From an uncultured bacterium (GTDB lineage: Bacteria; Bdellovibrionota; Bacteriovoracia; Bacteriovoracales; CAZZBM01): DNA of 64,000 nucleotides. A model generated the notes under the pieces. It was not told the DNA's origin and searched no databases. It worked only from the letters and a program-made list of their open reading frames with translations. The stretch lies in the NCBI GenBank assembly GCA_964652255.1, contig CAZZBM010000001.1, forward strand, positions 530,985-594,984, read 5' to 3'. This document shows, in pieces, positions 18,078-28,122 of this stretch. Position 1 is the first letter of the stretch, and each line of letters opens with the position of its first letter. Made by a program: the position numbers and the translations under genes.

Positions 18078-18375
18078 AAACTCTTACTTCATAAAGAAAA
18101 TTTTCGATTTTTTCTGAACCATGAAAAGAATAAGTGTACTCTTTTTTTATAAGATAAAAAGTATTACCAAAAAGTTCCAAGCTGTTTTTTTCTTCTATTT
18201 TTTTTAAAACATTTTTTTTATTAGGACCAGACATAATAATGCTTGCAATAAAATTACATTTTTTTGGTTCTTTTTCTGAAAAATTAACAGAAGAGAGATC
18301 TCTAGAAGAAGAACAAGATTGAAGACTAAGAATGATTATAAAGATCATCTGGATGAATAAAATAAATCTTTTCAA
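18049..18375 (-). CDS. Hypothetical lipoprotein
   Basis: MKRFILFIQMIFIIILSLQSCSSS has a lipobox. Confidence 0.45.
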   Translation of the reverse strand: MKRFILFIQMIFIIILSLQSCSSSRDLSSVNFSEKEPKKCNFIASIIMSGPNKKNVLKKIEEKNSLELFGNTFYLIKKEYTYSFHGSEKIENFLYEVRVYDCKKKSYN

Positions 18376-18898
18376 GATTTATAAATCTTAAGCTTAAGAT
18401 CTTAAAAATAAAACTACTTATTTTAAAAAAGTCATTTTCTAATGGAGTTGAAGAAATTTTTTGTGAGACGTTATTTTTTTCAAATTTGATAAAATTAATT
18501 TTATTTTCTCTGATAATATATTTTTTTAAAAGTATTTCTTTTCTATCCAAAAGAAGATCTTCAAATTTACTTGGCAGAGGAAGATAAATCTTTTTTATTT
18601 TTGATTTTTTTTTAAAAAAATTTTTTATTTTAAAAAATTGATTCTTTTTTTTATCTTTTATGTAGGAATTATCAATCAAAATATTAGCTTGTACGGCTGG
18701 TTCTTCTAGAAGATTATGATTGTTGATGAGTTGATTATAAGAATCAGGTGATGGAATTTCAAATCCAGCTCTTTCTTCATTGAAATAAACTTGTAAAAAT
18801 ATTTTTTTTGAATTTTTACTATTATTAAAGGGTAGTGATTTGAAGTATTGTTTCTCTAATTCAGAACAAGAAAAAATAAAAAAACAAAGAAAAAACAT
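18326..18898 (-). CDS. Hypothetical lipoprotein
   Basis: MFFLCFFIFSCSELEK has the lipobox IFSC. Lys/Asn-rich. Confidence 0.45.
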   Translation of the reverse strand: MFFLCFFIFSCSELEKQYFKSLPFNNSKNSKKIFLQVYFNEERAGFEIPSPDSYNQLINNHNLLEEPAVQANILIDNSYIKDKKKNQFFKIKNFFKKKSKIKKIYLPLPSKFEDLLLDRKEILLKKYIIRENKINFIKFEKNNVSQKISSTPLENDFFKISSFIFKILSLRFINLEKIYFIHPDDLYNHS

Positions 18899-19055
18899 CA
18901 GAAACTTATCTTAGTGGAGTTTTTTGCTTTAATACAGTAAATAAGTCTTTTTTACCAAAAAAGGAGGCTCTGTAGACAGAGTCTTTTTAAAAGAGTAGAG
19001 TTCAAGAAAAAAAGATTTTTGAAAAAAGAGTTCAAAGATCTAAAGGAGTGGATCA

Positions 19056-20135
19056 ATGATGTCTTTTCAAGAATTTTTATTGCCAGAAAAACTAAAAAAT
19101 AATGTAAAAAAAATGGGTTTTAATGAACCTACCCCTATTCAAGCTAAGGTTTTACCTTTGGCTTTTCAAGGGCATGACGTGATTGGATTAGCCCAAACAG
19201 GCTCAGGAAAAACAGCTGCTTATGCTATTCCAGGAGTTAAATATCTTTTGGAAAACAATCAAGGCAAAATTTTGATTTTAGTTCCTACAAGAGAACTAGC
19301 CTCTCAAGTGGCTGAAGTCTTTAAAAAGTTAATTTTAGATACTTCTTTAAAACAAGCCTTATTAGTGGGTGGTGTTCCTATGTATAAGCAGATAAGAGAT
19401 CTTAAATTTAAGCCAAGAATTTTTATTGGAACTCCTGGAAGAATTAATGATCTTTTAAAAAGAAAGATGCTTAGATTAGAAGATGTTCAGTATTTAGTTT
19501 TTGATGAAGTGGATAGAATGTTAGATATTGGGTTTCAAGTGCAAGTTGATGAAATCTTAAAATACTTAAAACAAAAAAAACAAACTTTATTTTTTTCAGC
19601 TACTTTAAGTCCTAAAGTCTCTAGTTTAGTGAAAAACTACTTAATAGATCCTAAAAAAATAACCATAGGAACAATTAATAAACCAGTGGCTTTATTAGAG
19701 CAAAAAACAATTAAAGTAAATGAGAAAGAAAAGTACACATCTTTAAAAGATGCTTTAATAAAGATTGATGGATCAAGTTTAATTTTTGTTAAAACAAAAC
19801 ATATGTCAGCTAACTTAGCAAAAAAACTCAAGGAAGATGGTTTTTTCACAGAAGCTTTTCATGGTGATTTAAGTCAAGGTGCTAGAAATAGAGCCATACA
19901 GTCTTTTAAGAGAAATGATAAAGCTATTCTAGTAGCGACAGATATCGCTTCTAGAGGACTTGATATTGATCATATTAAATGTGTTTTTAATTTTGATCTT
20001 CCTCATAATCCAGAAGATTTTGTTCATAGAGTGGGTAGAACTGCTAGAGCAGGAAGAACAGGTCAGTCTATTACATTTTTATCAAGAAAAGATGAATTTC
20101 TTTGGAAAAAAATCTTAAGGTTAATCAATAGTTAA
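19056..20135 (+). CDS. DEAD-box ATP-dependent RNA helicase (core only)
   Basis: Q motif FNEPTPIQ, then AQTGSGKT, PTRELA, DEVD (motif II variant), SAT, and HRVGRTARAG. Confidence 0.9.
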   Translation: MMSFQEFLLPEKLKNNVKKMGFNEPTPIQAKVLPLAFQGHDVIGLAQTGSGKTAAYAIPGVKYLLENNQGKILILVPTRELASQVAEVFKKLILDTSLKQALLVGGVPMYKQIRDLKFKPRIFIGTPGRINDLLKRKMLRLEDVQYLVFDEVDRMLDIGFQVQVDEILKYLKQKKQTLFFSATLSPKVSSLVKNYLIDPKKITIGTINKPVALLEQKTIKVNEKEKYTSLKDALIKIDGSSLIFVKTKHMSANLAKKLKEDGFFTEAFHGDLSQGARNRAIQSFKRNDKAILVATDIASRGLDIDHIKCVFNFDLPHNPEDFVHRVGRTARAGRTGQSITFLSRKDEFLWKKILRLINS

Positions 20136-20951
20136 ATTTTCTTCTTTTAAATAAGGAAGAGTTTTTAAAACTTCTTCCTTATTAATATCATTATTTCTAA
20201 TGTTTAAAATTTCTAAAGATGGGAGTTCCTTTATTGGAGTAACATCACAGATATAGTTATTTTCTATGTTAAGATAAGTAAGTTTTTTTTTATCTTGAAG
20301 ATAATCTAAATCTGTTAAAGAGTTGTTCATTAAGGAAAGATATCTTAATTGGCTAAGATTACGTAGACCTATGAGTTGATGTATCTCATTTCCATTAGCT
20401 ATCAGAAAATGAAGATTAAAAAGAATCCTTGCAAAATTAATATTATTTAAAGCATTGTAACTCACAGAAAGAGTTTTAAGTTGATGTAATTTACCAATAG
20501 AGTTAATATTTTTTGGATAAGTACCATTAAGATTTAAAAAAATAATAGATTTTAAATTTTCAATTTCTTTTAAATCTACATTCTTATTATAAGAAAGATC
20601 TAAAAATTTTAAATTTGGTAAAGAATAAAAATTAATTCTAAAAAAAAGTTTCTTTTTTGAGAGCTTAAGAACAATCATTTGAGAGAGAGTCTTGATTTTA
20701 TTATTTCTTAAATTGAGGTCTTCAAGAGAAGAAAGTTCATGAAGAGAAGAAAGATCTGAAATAGCATTAAAACTAAGATTTAGTCTTTTTAGTTTTTTAA
20801 CCTTTTCTAAGCCTTTTGTACTTGTAATTTTATTATAACTTAAATCAAGAACTTCAAGATCAGGATAAGAGGATAAATCAGGAATTTCAGTATATCCTTT
20901 TTTAGAAAGATTAAGTTCAGTGGTACTATGAACTATCCATAAAAAAAACAT
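20121..20951 (-). CDS. LRR protein
   Basis: About ten 22-residue repeats (LEVLDLSYNKITSTKGL, LKRLNLSFNAISDLSSL, LEDLNLRNNKIKTL, LKFLDLSYNKN, LRYLSLMNNSLTDLDYL, LTYLNIENNYICDV, LEILNIRNNDI). Confidence 0.78.
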   Translation of the reverse strand: MFFLWIVHSTTELNLSKKGYTEIPDLSSYPDLEVLDLSYNKITSTKGLEKVKKLKRLNLSFNAISDLSSLHELSSLEDLNLRNNKIKTLSQMIVLKLSKKKLFFRINFYSLPNLKFLDLSYNKNVDLKEIENLKSIIFLNLNGTYPKNINSIGKLHQLKTLSVSYNALNNINFARILFNLHFLIANGNEIHQLIGLRNLSQLRYLSLMNNSLTDLDYLQDKKKLTYLNIENNYICDVTPIKELPSLEILNIRNNDINKEEVLKTLPYLKEENLTID

Positions 20952-20975
20952 AAAGAATTTATCGGAAAAATTTTC

Positions 20976-22130
20976 TTATTTTAGAAGAGCTTCTAAAAAA
21001 GAAATAGGCATCACTACAACTTCACCTGCTTTCTTAAAATGATTTTCATTCTTTCCAACAATGTTTTTAACATAATCTTGATATTCTTTAGGTAAGTTTT
21101 CTATTTCAATTTCAGAGGGTTCAATAAAACGCCTAGGAGGATTATTCTCTATAAACAACATACTTGAAATAATATTAACATAATGAACGAGTTTTTTTTC
21201 CACCAAGGGCTCTTTTTGGCTTTCCTCAACAAGATTAATTTGTTGTCTTAAACCTTCTTGTTCCTGTAGATATTTTTCCAAAAGAAGTTTTCTTAAAACC
21301 TCTTCTTTTTGTTCTCTCAATTCGTCCATATTAAGACCCAAGGACTCAGTATTTTTTAATAATTCTTCTTTTGTTTGAGAGGTTAATACTTTTTTATAAA
21401 GAGCTGTTTTTAGGTCTAAATCATCTTTTATCAGCTTGGTTTCAGATTTTTTTTCATTGACCTCTTGACTGGAAAGATAGACAATTTTTTCAAAATTTTT
21501 TTCAATCTCTATTTGATCTAAATCTAGAGCAATTCCTTGAGCCTCCTCTAGTTGTTTATAAGCCAGATCTAACTGTTTTTTTCCTGAAAGGTGTTCTTTA
21601 ATACTTCTTTGAAGAAGACAAGCTTCTGGATTTTTTGGACAATCTAATTTAAGCCCCTTTAAACATAATTCAAAAGAAGATTCGAGATTTTCACTGTTTT
21701 CTTGTAAGAGACATATAGAGTCCTTGCATTTAAAAGAAGCAGTTTTTTTATTTAAGCAGTAGGCACCAATTTGTAGAAGTAAGCGTCTAGAGGTAAGACT
21801 ATCCATAAGCTTTAAAAGATCCATTCTGTTTAATTGTTGTTTACTTACTTTATAGCCCTTACCTAGGAGTCCTTCAAGAATTCTTTCCTGAAGAAATTCT
21901 TTGTTTTTTTTATTTTCTGGATAAAGATCTAAAAGATGAGTTTCATGGTTTAATGTTTTAATTTCTTTAGGGGTTAAACGATTCAAAATTTTATAATAAC
22001 AATCAATAGGATCTTTTTCATTAAGACAAGATTTGAAAGTAGGGTGATTTAAAAGTCGATCTTGGGCTAGTTTTTTTTTCAAAGCTTCAGCAGCTTCTTG
22101 TTCTAGAGAAGAAAATAAAAAGAACAACAT
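20976..22130 (-). CDS. Hypothetical protein with a Cys-containing middle and a coiled-coil C-terminal half
   Basis: Long ORF 24 nt upstream of the LRR gene. No recognisable motif. Confidence 0.5.
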   Translation of the reverse strand: MLFFLFSSLEQEAAEALKKKLAQDRLLNHPTFKSCLNEKDPIDCYYKILNRLTPKEIKTLNHETHLLDLYPENKKNKEFLQERILEGLLGKGYKVSKQQLNRMDLLKLMDSLTSRRLLLQIGAYCLNKKTASFKCKDSICLLQENSENLESSFELCLKGLKLDCPKNPEACLLQRSIKEHLSGKKQLDLAYKQLEEAQGIALDLDQIEIEKNFEKIVYLSSQEVNEKKSETKLIKDDLDLKTALYKKVLTSQTKEELLKNTESLGLNMDELREQKEEVLRKLLLEKYLQEQEGLRQQINLVEESQKEPLVEKKLVHYVNIISSMLFIENNPPRRFIEPSEIEIENLPKEYQDYVKNIVGKNENHFKKAGEVVVMPISFLEALLK

Positions 22131-22172
22131 TTAAGGTTATTGTAATTTTTTTTATAAAAATAATAAAGTTTT

Positions 22173-23231
22173 TTAATAAAAATCAAAACTTAAAGAATAA
22201 GCTCCTTTTTCTTCGAATTTCAAAGACACTTGCCTATCAGTAGAGCCTTTATTGAAAATATATGGAAAAGAAGGTGATAAGTTGCTGAAGTTTGTAGTCT
22301 CGTACTCATATTGAATTGTTGGAGGAGAGAACTTAAAATTTAATGATATATCTTTAGGTTTTTTGTCTCCAACGTCTTTAATTGTGAAGCCACTAGGATG
22401 ACCTGAATCTCTATATAGATCGATATATGTCCTAAGTGTCTTGGAAGAATTTTTGTATAGCTTAAAAATAATACTAATATACAAATATGTGTTTATAAAA
22501 AAAGTTGAATAATATAAAGCAATTTTTAGTTTTTCTAATGAAGGAAAAAGTTGAGGTTGTTCAATATCTATTAGATAGCTTGAAGCAGATATACTATTTT
22601 TTTTCAATTTCAATTTTATTTAATATATAAAAATCAATGGATAATAACTTTAAAGAAGAAAAAAAAGTAGAATTAGTTTTTTTATCAAAAAGTAATTCAG
22701 TACTTAATATGTTATAAAAACGACGTTTTGGTGTAATTTGTTGAAAACAAGAAGAATCTTTTAAATAGATTGTTAGAAACAATTTTTCTAGCTTGTTGAG
22801 TTTGCTTATATCTTTAAAAAGTGCTAAATATTCATCGGAATTATCTATATATACGCTAAATGCAAGTGTATTAAAATAGAAGATATGTTCCATGGGGTTG
22901 AGTAAAGAATATAAATTCTTTTTATCTTTTAAAACTTTTGAATAAGATAAAATTCCATTAAACTTAGTTGAGTCATTATTAATTATTTTTTTATATCTTC
23001 TTCAAAGCTTGCTACATCTGAAAATATATTTTGAAAATATGATGCTATCGTGGGCTCAAGTACATATGAATTAGAGTCAGAAGGAGCTTAAAATGACAAA
23101 AAGTCAGAATTTGAGAAACCAAAAGTAGATGTTTCATTAGAAAAAGTAATGTAGGGATATGTGAATGTAAACGGAGTATTATCTTCGTTATTTGAAAATA
23201 ATATAAAAAAGATATTAAAAAAAATTATTAT
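22173..23231 (-). pseudogene. Decayed secreted-protein gene: no ATG, one in-frame TAA, one frameshift in A8
   Basis: Track ORFs 22594-22893 and 22173-22613 join if the A8 tract (plus-strand T8 at 22597-22604) loses one base. The frame of 22594-22893 continues upstream through TAA at 23090-23088 to a signal-peptide-like IIIFFNIFFILFS. That peptide begins at ATA (23231) 6 nt after AAGGA. Confidence 0.55.
22597..22604 (-). repeat. A8 (coding strand) homopolymer at a frame break
   Basis: Eight consecutive T on the plus strand, at the junction of two overlapping ORFs. Confidence 0.95.
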
Positions 23232-23330
23232 TTTTTTCCTTATATTTAAAGTAAATTAGCGATAGAAAAGTACTGTGTTGTAAGAAAAAAGTCTATCTAA
23301 TATGTAAAAATGCAAAAAATCAAAATTAAT

Positions 23331-24710
23331 CTAATTTAAAATTTTCTTCAGGCAATCACTTACTTGCTGAGGAGCCACTTTGCCTTGTAATCTTTTAAGA
23401 ACTTGACCTACAAAAAGAGTAAATAATCTATCTTTTCCTTTTTTATATTCTTCTACTTCTTGATGAAAATCTTGAAGCACTTCTAGGCATATTTTTTGAA
23501 GATCTTCTTCTCTAATATCAATTTGTTCAAAAGAGAGGATTTTTAATGCTTCAGAAAGAGATTTTTTTTCTTGAATGATAAAAGAAATTAATTCTTTAGC
23601 TTGAGAAGAGAGAAGTTTTTTGTTTTCTAGAAGGGAAAGTATTTCACCAAGGGTAGCTCCAGAAAGAAAAGAATTTTTAAAGGAAATTTTTTCATCTTTT
23701 AAAATTCCTTGAACTTCATTCATCATCCATTGAAAAGATTTTTTAGGATGAGGGTAAGTTGTTAAGATAGATCTAAAATAATTCTCTACATCTTTGTCTA
23801 AAAGTAGAGAAGTTTCTTTCTCACTTAAATGAAATTCTTCTAAAAGTCTTTTAAGTTTTTCTTGTGGAAGCTCTGGTAGAATTGCTGTATGAATAAAAGG
23901 ATTTTTTAGTGTCAAAAGGTCAGGTTCGTTAAAATAACGATAATCTTCATCTGTATCTTTTTTTCTTAAAGCAATGGTTTTTTCTCCATCAAAAAGAAGA
24001 GTTTCTCTGTGAATGATTTGATTGTTTTCTAAAAGAGTTCGATGTTTTTTTTCTTCGTACTCAATAGCTTTTTCAATGGCTTTAAAACTATTTAAATTTT
24101 TTATTTCTGTTCTTGTTCCTAGTTCTTTCGTTGAAGAAAGAGATAAATTTACATCACACCTAAATTGACCCTCTTGCATTTTTCCCTCGCAAATTTCTAG
24201 AGTGGTGACAAGTTCATGAAGAGTTTTTAAAAAAAGAAGAGCTTCTTCTTTGCTAGAAAAAGTTGGTTCAGTCACAAGCTCAATTAAAGGAACTCCACAA
24301 CGATTAAGATCTAAGTAAGTTACATCATTCTCGTGAAGAAGTTTACCTGTATCTTCTTCCAGTTGAATTCTTTCAATGAGATATTTTTTATGATCAATTT
24401 CTAAATAACCTTTAGTAGCAAAAGGTTCTTTGAGTTGTGTGATTTGATACCCTTTTGGCAAATCAGCATAACGATAGTGTTTTCTTACAAAAGTACTTTC
24501 TTCATGAAGAGTAGAGTTTGTTGCTAGGGCTAAATAAGTAGCAAAAAGAACAGCTTGTTCATTGACTTGAGGCAAAGCTCCAGGCTGAGCTGTACAAACT
24601 GGACACAAAGAAGTGTTAGGATAAAGTGTCATTGTAGAACAAGCACAAAACATTTTTGTTTGAGTCTTAAGTTGTAAGTGAATTTCCAGTCCTAGGGTCA
24701 TTTTAAACAT
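23331..24710 (-). CDS. gatB: Asp/Glu-tRNA(Asn/Gln) amidotransferase subunit B
   Basis: Motifs GLEIHLQL, CPVCTAQPGALP, NRCGVPLIELVTEP, and a C-terminal YqeY-like tail. gatCAB order. Confidence 0.93.
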   Translation of the reverse strand: MFKMTLGLEIHLQLKTQTKMFCACSTMTLYPNTSLCPVCTAQPGALPQVNEQAVLFATYLALATNSTLHEESTFVRKHYRYADLPKGYQITQLKEPFATKGYLEIDHKKYLIERIQLEEDTGKLLHENDVTYLDLNRCGVPLIELVTEPTFSSKEEALLFLKTLHELVTTLEICEGKMQEGQFRCDVNLSLSSTKELGTRTEIKNLNSFKAIEKAIEYEEKKHRTLLENNQIIHRETLLFDGEKTIALRKKDTDEDYRYFNEPDLLTLKNPFIHTAILPELPQEKLKRLLEEFHLSEKETSLLLDKDVENYFRSILTTYPHPKKSFQWMMNEVQGILKDEKISFKNSFLSGATLGEILSLLENKKLLSSQAKELISFIIQEKKSLSEALKILSFEQIDIREEDLQKICLEVLQDFHQEVEEYKKGKDRLFTLFVGQVLKRLQGKVAPQQVSDCLKKILN

Positions 24711-26088
24711 AAAACTCTTCTCCTAGAGCTAAAAGTTGTTCTTCTTGAAAGTGAGGTGCAACAAGTTGTAAGCCACAAGATAAATTTTGCTCAGCTAAAC
24801 CCAAAGGAATATTAAGTGCAGGAAGATTAGCTAAGCTGATACCAACAGTGAAAAGATCAAGAGTATGTTCTTGTAAGGGAGTTAGTGTGTCAGTAAGTTT
24901 TGGAGCTACAAAAGCATTGGTTGGAATCATGATAAAATCAAGACATTCAAAATGTTTTAAAAATTCTTCAGTAATTTTTTGTCTTAAAAAAAGAGATTTT
25001 TCAAAGTAAGCTTCTTTTTTTGAAGAGTGAAGAAAATAAGTTCCTTCTAAAATTCTTCTTTTAACTTCAGGTCCAAAAAGTTCTCTTTGATTTAAAATAT
25101 AATCTTGTAAAGAATCATAGTCTTTAAAATCTCCGCCATATCTAAGACCATCTAGCCGAGCAAGATTAGAACTTGCTTCCGCTGAAACAAGAATATAATA
25201 AACCTGTCCCCAATAAGAAGCTGTATCAAAAGAAATTTCTTTGAGTTGAATGTTTTTTTTCTCAGCTTCCCTTAAAAAAGAAGAAAGTTGTTTTTGAATA
25301 AGAGGAGAACATTTTAAAATAAAGCTAGGATCATAACCTAATTTAATTTTACGAGATCTTTTTTCTTCTAAGGCTTTTAAGCAATTTGTTTTTGAAGAAT
25401 TCATGGTAGAATCTCGTAAATCTCTTTCTGATAAAACATCCAAAATCATAGCTAAATCCCTAGGACTTCTAGCTATAGGAGCTGCTTGATCAAAACTAGA
25501 AGCATAGGCAATTTGACCATAGCGACTAATTCTAGAGTAAGTAGGTTTTAAAGACCAAAGTCCTTGAAAAGCAGCGGGCAGTCTAATAGAGCCCCCAGTA
25601 TCAGTTCCAATGCTAAAAAAAGAAGAACCTTCTAAAACACTTGAAGCAGATCCTCCACTAGATCCCCCCGCATAATGATCTTGAGAGTGAGCATGAGTGC
25701 AAATTCCAAAAGCTGAATGACGATTTAAAGATCCCATCCCAAATTCATCACAATTGTTTTTTCCAATAAGAATAGCTTCTTCTTTTTTTAATAACTCAGA
25801 CACCTGTCCATCATAGGGAGCAACATAGTGAAGAAGATGTCTTGAAGCTCCTGTAGTTCTAAGTCCTTTGGTGAGAAAAAGATCTTTTAAAGAATAAGGA
25901 ATAGCTGTTAAATAATGATGAATTTTTTTTATTTGAGAAGCTTGAAAAAGAGCCTGATCTTTTAAAAGAGAAATAAAAGCATTACTTGAAGATTTTTCAG
26001 CTTTATGAAAAGCTTCAGTAGTTAATTCCGTGGGAGTAATTTTTTTTTCAATTAAAGCCTGATGAGCTTCGCTAATTGTTTTAAACAT
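24703..26088 (-). CDS. gatA: Asp/Glu-tRNA(Asn/Gln) amidotransferase subunit A
   Basis: Amidase signature GGSSGGSASSV...GTDTGGSIRLPAAF. Confidence 0.93.
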   Translation of the reverse strand: MFKTISEAHQALIEKKITPTELTTEAFHKAEKSSSNAFISLLKDQALFQASQIKKIHHYLTAIPYSLKDLFLTKGLRTTGASRHLLHYVAPYDGQVSELLKKEEAILIGKNNCDEFGMGSLNRHSAFGICTHAHSQDHYAGGSSGGSASSVLEGSSFFSIGTDTGGSIRLPAAFQGLWSLKPTYSRISRYGQIAYASSFDQAAPIARSPRDLAMILDVLSERDLRDSTMNSSKTNCLKALEEKRSRKIKLGYDPSFILKCSPLIQKQLSSFLREAEKKNIQLKEISFDTASYWGQVYYILVSAEASSNLARLDGLRYGGDFKDYDSLQDYILNQRELFGPEVKRRILEGTYFLHSSKKEAYFEKSLFLRQKITEEFLKHFECLDFIMIPTNAFVAPKLTDTLTPLQEHTLDLFTVGISLANLPALNIPLGLAEQNLSCGLQLVAPHFQEEQLLALGEEFYV

Positions 26089-26323
26089 CTTGAACCAGAG
26101 GGATTTTAATAAGATTTTTTTTTCTTCTTGGAGCTAAATGAAGAAGAGGAATAGATTCTTTAACTTCATCTTTTCTAAGATGAAGATAATTTTTTTTAGA
26201 AACGATCATTTTAGCTGAGAGAGAATCTAAAAACTCTGTATAATGAACAATTTCTAAAAGATCTTCTTCTAGTTCTTGAGTTTTTTTGATCCCAGCTAGC
26301 TCAAATATTTTATCTATCTTCAT
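26081..26323 (-). CDS. gatC: Asp/Glu-tRNA(Asn/Gln) amidotransferase subunit C
   Basis: 80 aa, immediately upstream of and overlapping gatA. Weak sequence signal (LRKDE). Confidence 0.7.
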   Translation of the reverse strand: MKIDKIFELAGIKKTQELEEDLLEIVHYTEFLDSLSAKMIVSKKNYLHLRKDEVKESIPLLHLAPRRKKNLIKIPLVQDV

Positions 26324-28122
26324 TAAAAAACCCTTTCAAGAAGGTAATATTTTGAAGGGATTTCGTCAAGAAAGAGGCTAGGGATTTGATACTGAAAGCT
26401 TCCATAAAGATATCTTGTTTTAGAATAAGAAAGATAAAGCTTTTTTTTAGCTCGAGTGAGAGCTACATAAAAAAGTCTTCTTTCTTCTTCTAGGTCATCT
26501 TTTTGAAGACTTTGATAAGAGGGAAAAATTTGATTTTCAAGACCTAGAATGAAGACATGGTCAAACTCTAAGCCTTTAGTGGCATGAATGGTCATAAGTT
26601 GAACTTGAAAAGTAGTTTCTCTTACTTCGTCTTTGAGTTGAACTTGGTAGAGAAAATCTTCTAGTTCTTCTATGGAAACTTGTTTTAAAACTGATCTTAA
26701 TTCTTGAACATGATCTATTTTTTCTTGACCATTCTTTTCTTTCTTTAATTCTTGTAAAAAAGAAGTTTTTTCTAAAAGAAAATCAAGAATTTTGTTAGGT
26801 TCAATTTTTGACTCTACTAGAGCTTGAAGTTCTTTAATAAGGGTGAAAACTTCTTTGAAAGATTCTTGTACTTTTTTTGATCCCAAAGAAAATGACTCTA
26901 AAAAAGAGAAAAGAGGTCTATCTAAACTTTGTTGTAAAAAAAGTAGTTTATCAATAGATGTTTTTCCTAGAGATCTTTTAGGAACATTAAGAATTCTTAA
27001 GAGATAAAAATCATCTTCTGGCTGAAACATAAGTTTAAAATAAGCTAAAAGATCTTTAATTTCTTTACGATCATAAAATTTAAGCCCACCATAAACTTGA
27101 TAGGAAATTTTTTTCCTAGAAAGAGCTTCTTCTAAGTTTCTGGAAAGAAGATTATTTCTGTAGATAATAGCAATGGATTCTTCTTGAGAAATATTTTTAA
27201 TTTTTTCAGCAATAAAATTCGCTTCTACTTTTTCATCAAAACATTCTTTGACCTCAATCAAAGGTCCTTCTTCTTGCTCACTAAAAAGATTTTTCTCTTT
27301 TCTTTCTTTATTGTTTTGAATGACTTCATAGGCGGCTTCTAAAATAGTTTTTGAAGATCTGAAATTTTGTTCTAGTTTAAAGATTTTTACCTCTGGAAAA
27401 TGTTCTTCAAAGTGTAAGATATTTCTAATGTCAGCTCCTCTCCAAGAATAAATACTTTGATCTTCATCTCCTACAACACAAAGATTTTTATTGTAGCTTC
27501 TTAAGTGCTTAAGAAGAAGAAATTGAGCTCTGTTAGTATCTTGATATTCATCAACAAGAATATGCGTATAGAGAGAAGAGTACTTTTGTTCAAGGTGAGG
27601 CTTCTCATGAAAAATTTCTAAAGTTTTAGTAAGAAGTGAAGAGAAATCTAGAGCTTTATTGTGATGTAAAATATCTTCAAAAAGAAGAAAATATTTATGA
27701 AAAAGAGAATCTCTTATAGGGTAATCTTTATAAAAACCTTCTTGCTTGATGCTTTCTCTGTAGTTAAGAAGTTCATAGGCTGAAAAGAGATTTTTTTCTC
27801 CCTGAGAGAGAAGAAGATCATCCATGATTTTTTTGCTATCTTTTTCATCATAAACAGAAAAATTTTTAATCCATTCAATTCTAAGAAATTTTACACAAAA
27901 AGCATGAAAAGTAGATACTTCACAAGAAGTTTTTAACCTAGAAAGAATTTCATGAACAGCTTTATTAGAAAAAGTTAAAGTCAGAATTCTTCCTTTTAAA
28001 TCTTGCAATCTTTGAATTCTTTCAACTAAAACTCTTGTTTTTCCTGACCCAGCACCAGCCAAAATCATCACAGGTCCGTCTAAATGAGATAAAGCTTCTT
28101 GTTGTTGTGGTGTAAAGTTCAT
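26323..28122 (-). CDS. pcrA: UvrD/PcrA/Rep-family superfamily 1 DNA helicase (short)
   Basis: Motifs AGAGSGKT, TFHAFC, VDEYQDTN, VGDEDQSIYSWRGA, QNFRS, TIHATKGLEF and YVALTRAKK. Confidence 0.88.
   Translation of the reverse strand: MNFTPQQQEALSHLDGPVMILAGAGSGKTRVLVERIQRLQDLKGRILTLTFSNKAVHEILSRLKTSCEVSTFHAFCVKFLRIEWIKNFSVYDEKDSKKIMDDLLLSQGEKNLFSAYELLNYRESIKQEGFYKDYPIRDSLFHKYFLLFEDILHHNKALDFSSLLTKTLEIFHEKPHLEQKYSSLYTHILVDEYQDTNRAQFLLLKHLRSYNKNLCVVGDEDQSIYSWRGADIRNILHFEEHFPEVKIFKLEQNFRSSKTILEAAYEVIQNNKERKEKNLFSEQEEGPLIEVKECFDEKVEANFIAEKIKNISQEESIAIIYRNNLLSRNLEEALSRKKISYQVYGGLKFYDRKEIKDLLAYFKLMFQPEDDFYLLRILNVPKRSLGKTSIDKLLFLQQSLDRPLFSFLESFSLGSKKVQESFKEVFTLIKELQALVESKIEPNKILDFLLEKTSFLQELKKEKNGQEKIDHVQELRSVLKQVSIEELEDFLYQVQLKDEVRETTFQVQLMTIHATKGLEFDHVFILGLENQIFPSYQSLQKDDLEEERRLFYVALTRAKKKLYLSYSKTRYLYGSFQYQIPSLFLDEIPSKYYLLERVF

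Noticed and set aside
19637-19849. 70-aa ORF antisense to the DEAD-box helicase
   Set aside because: Nested antisense ORF.
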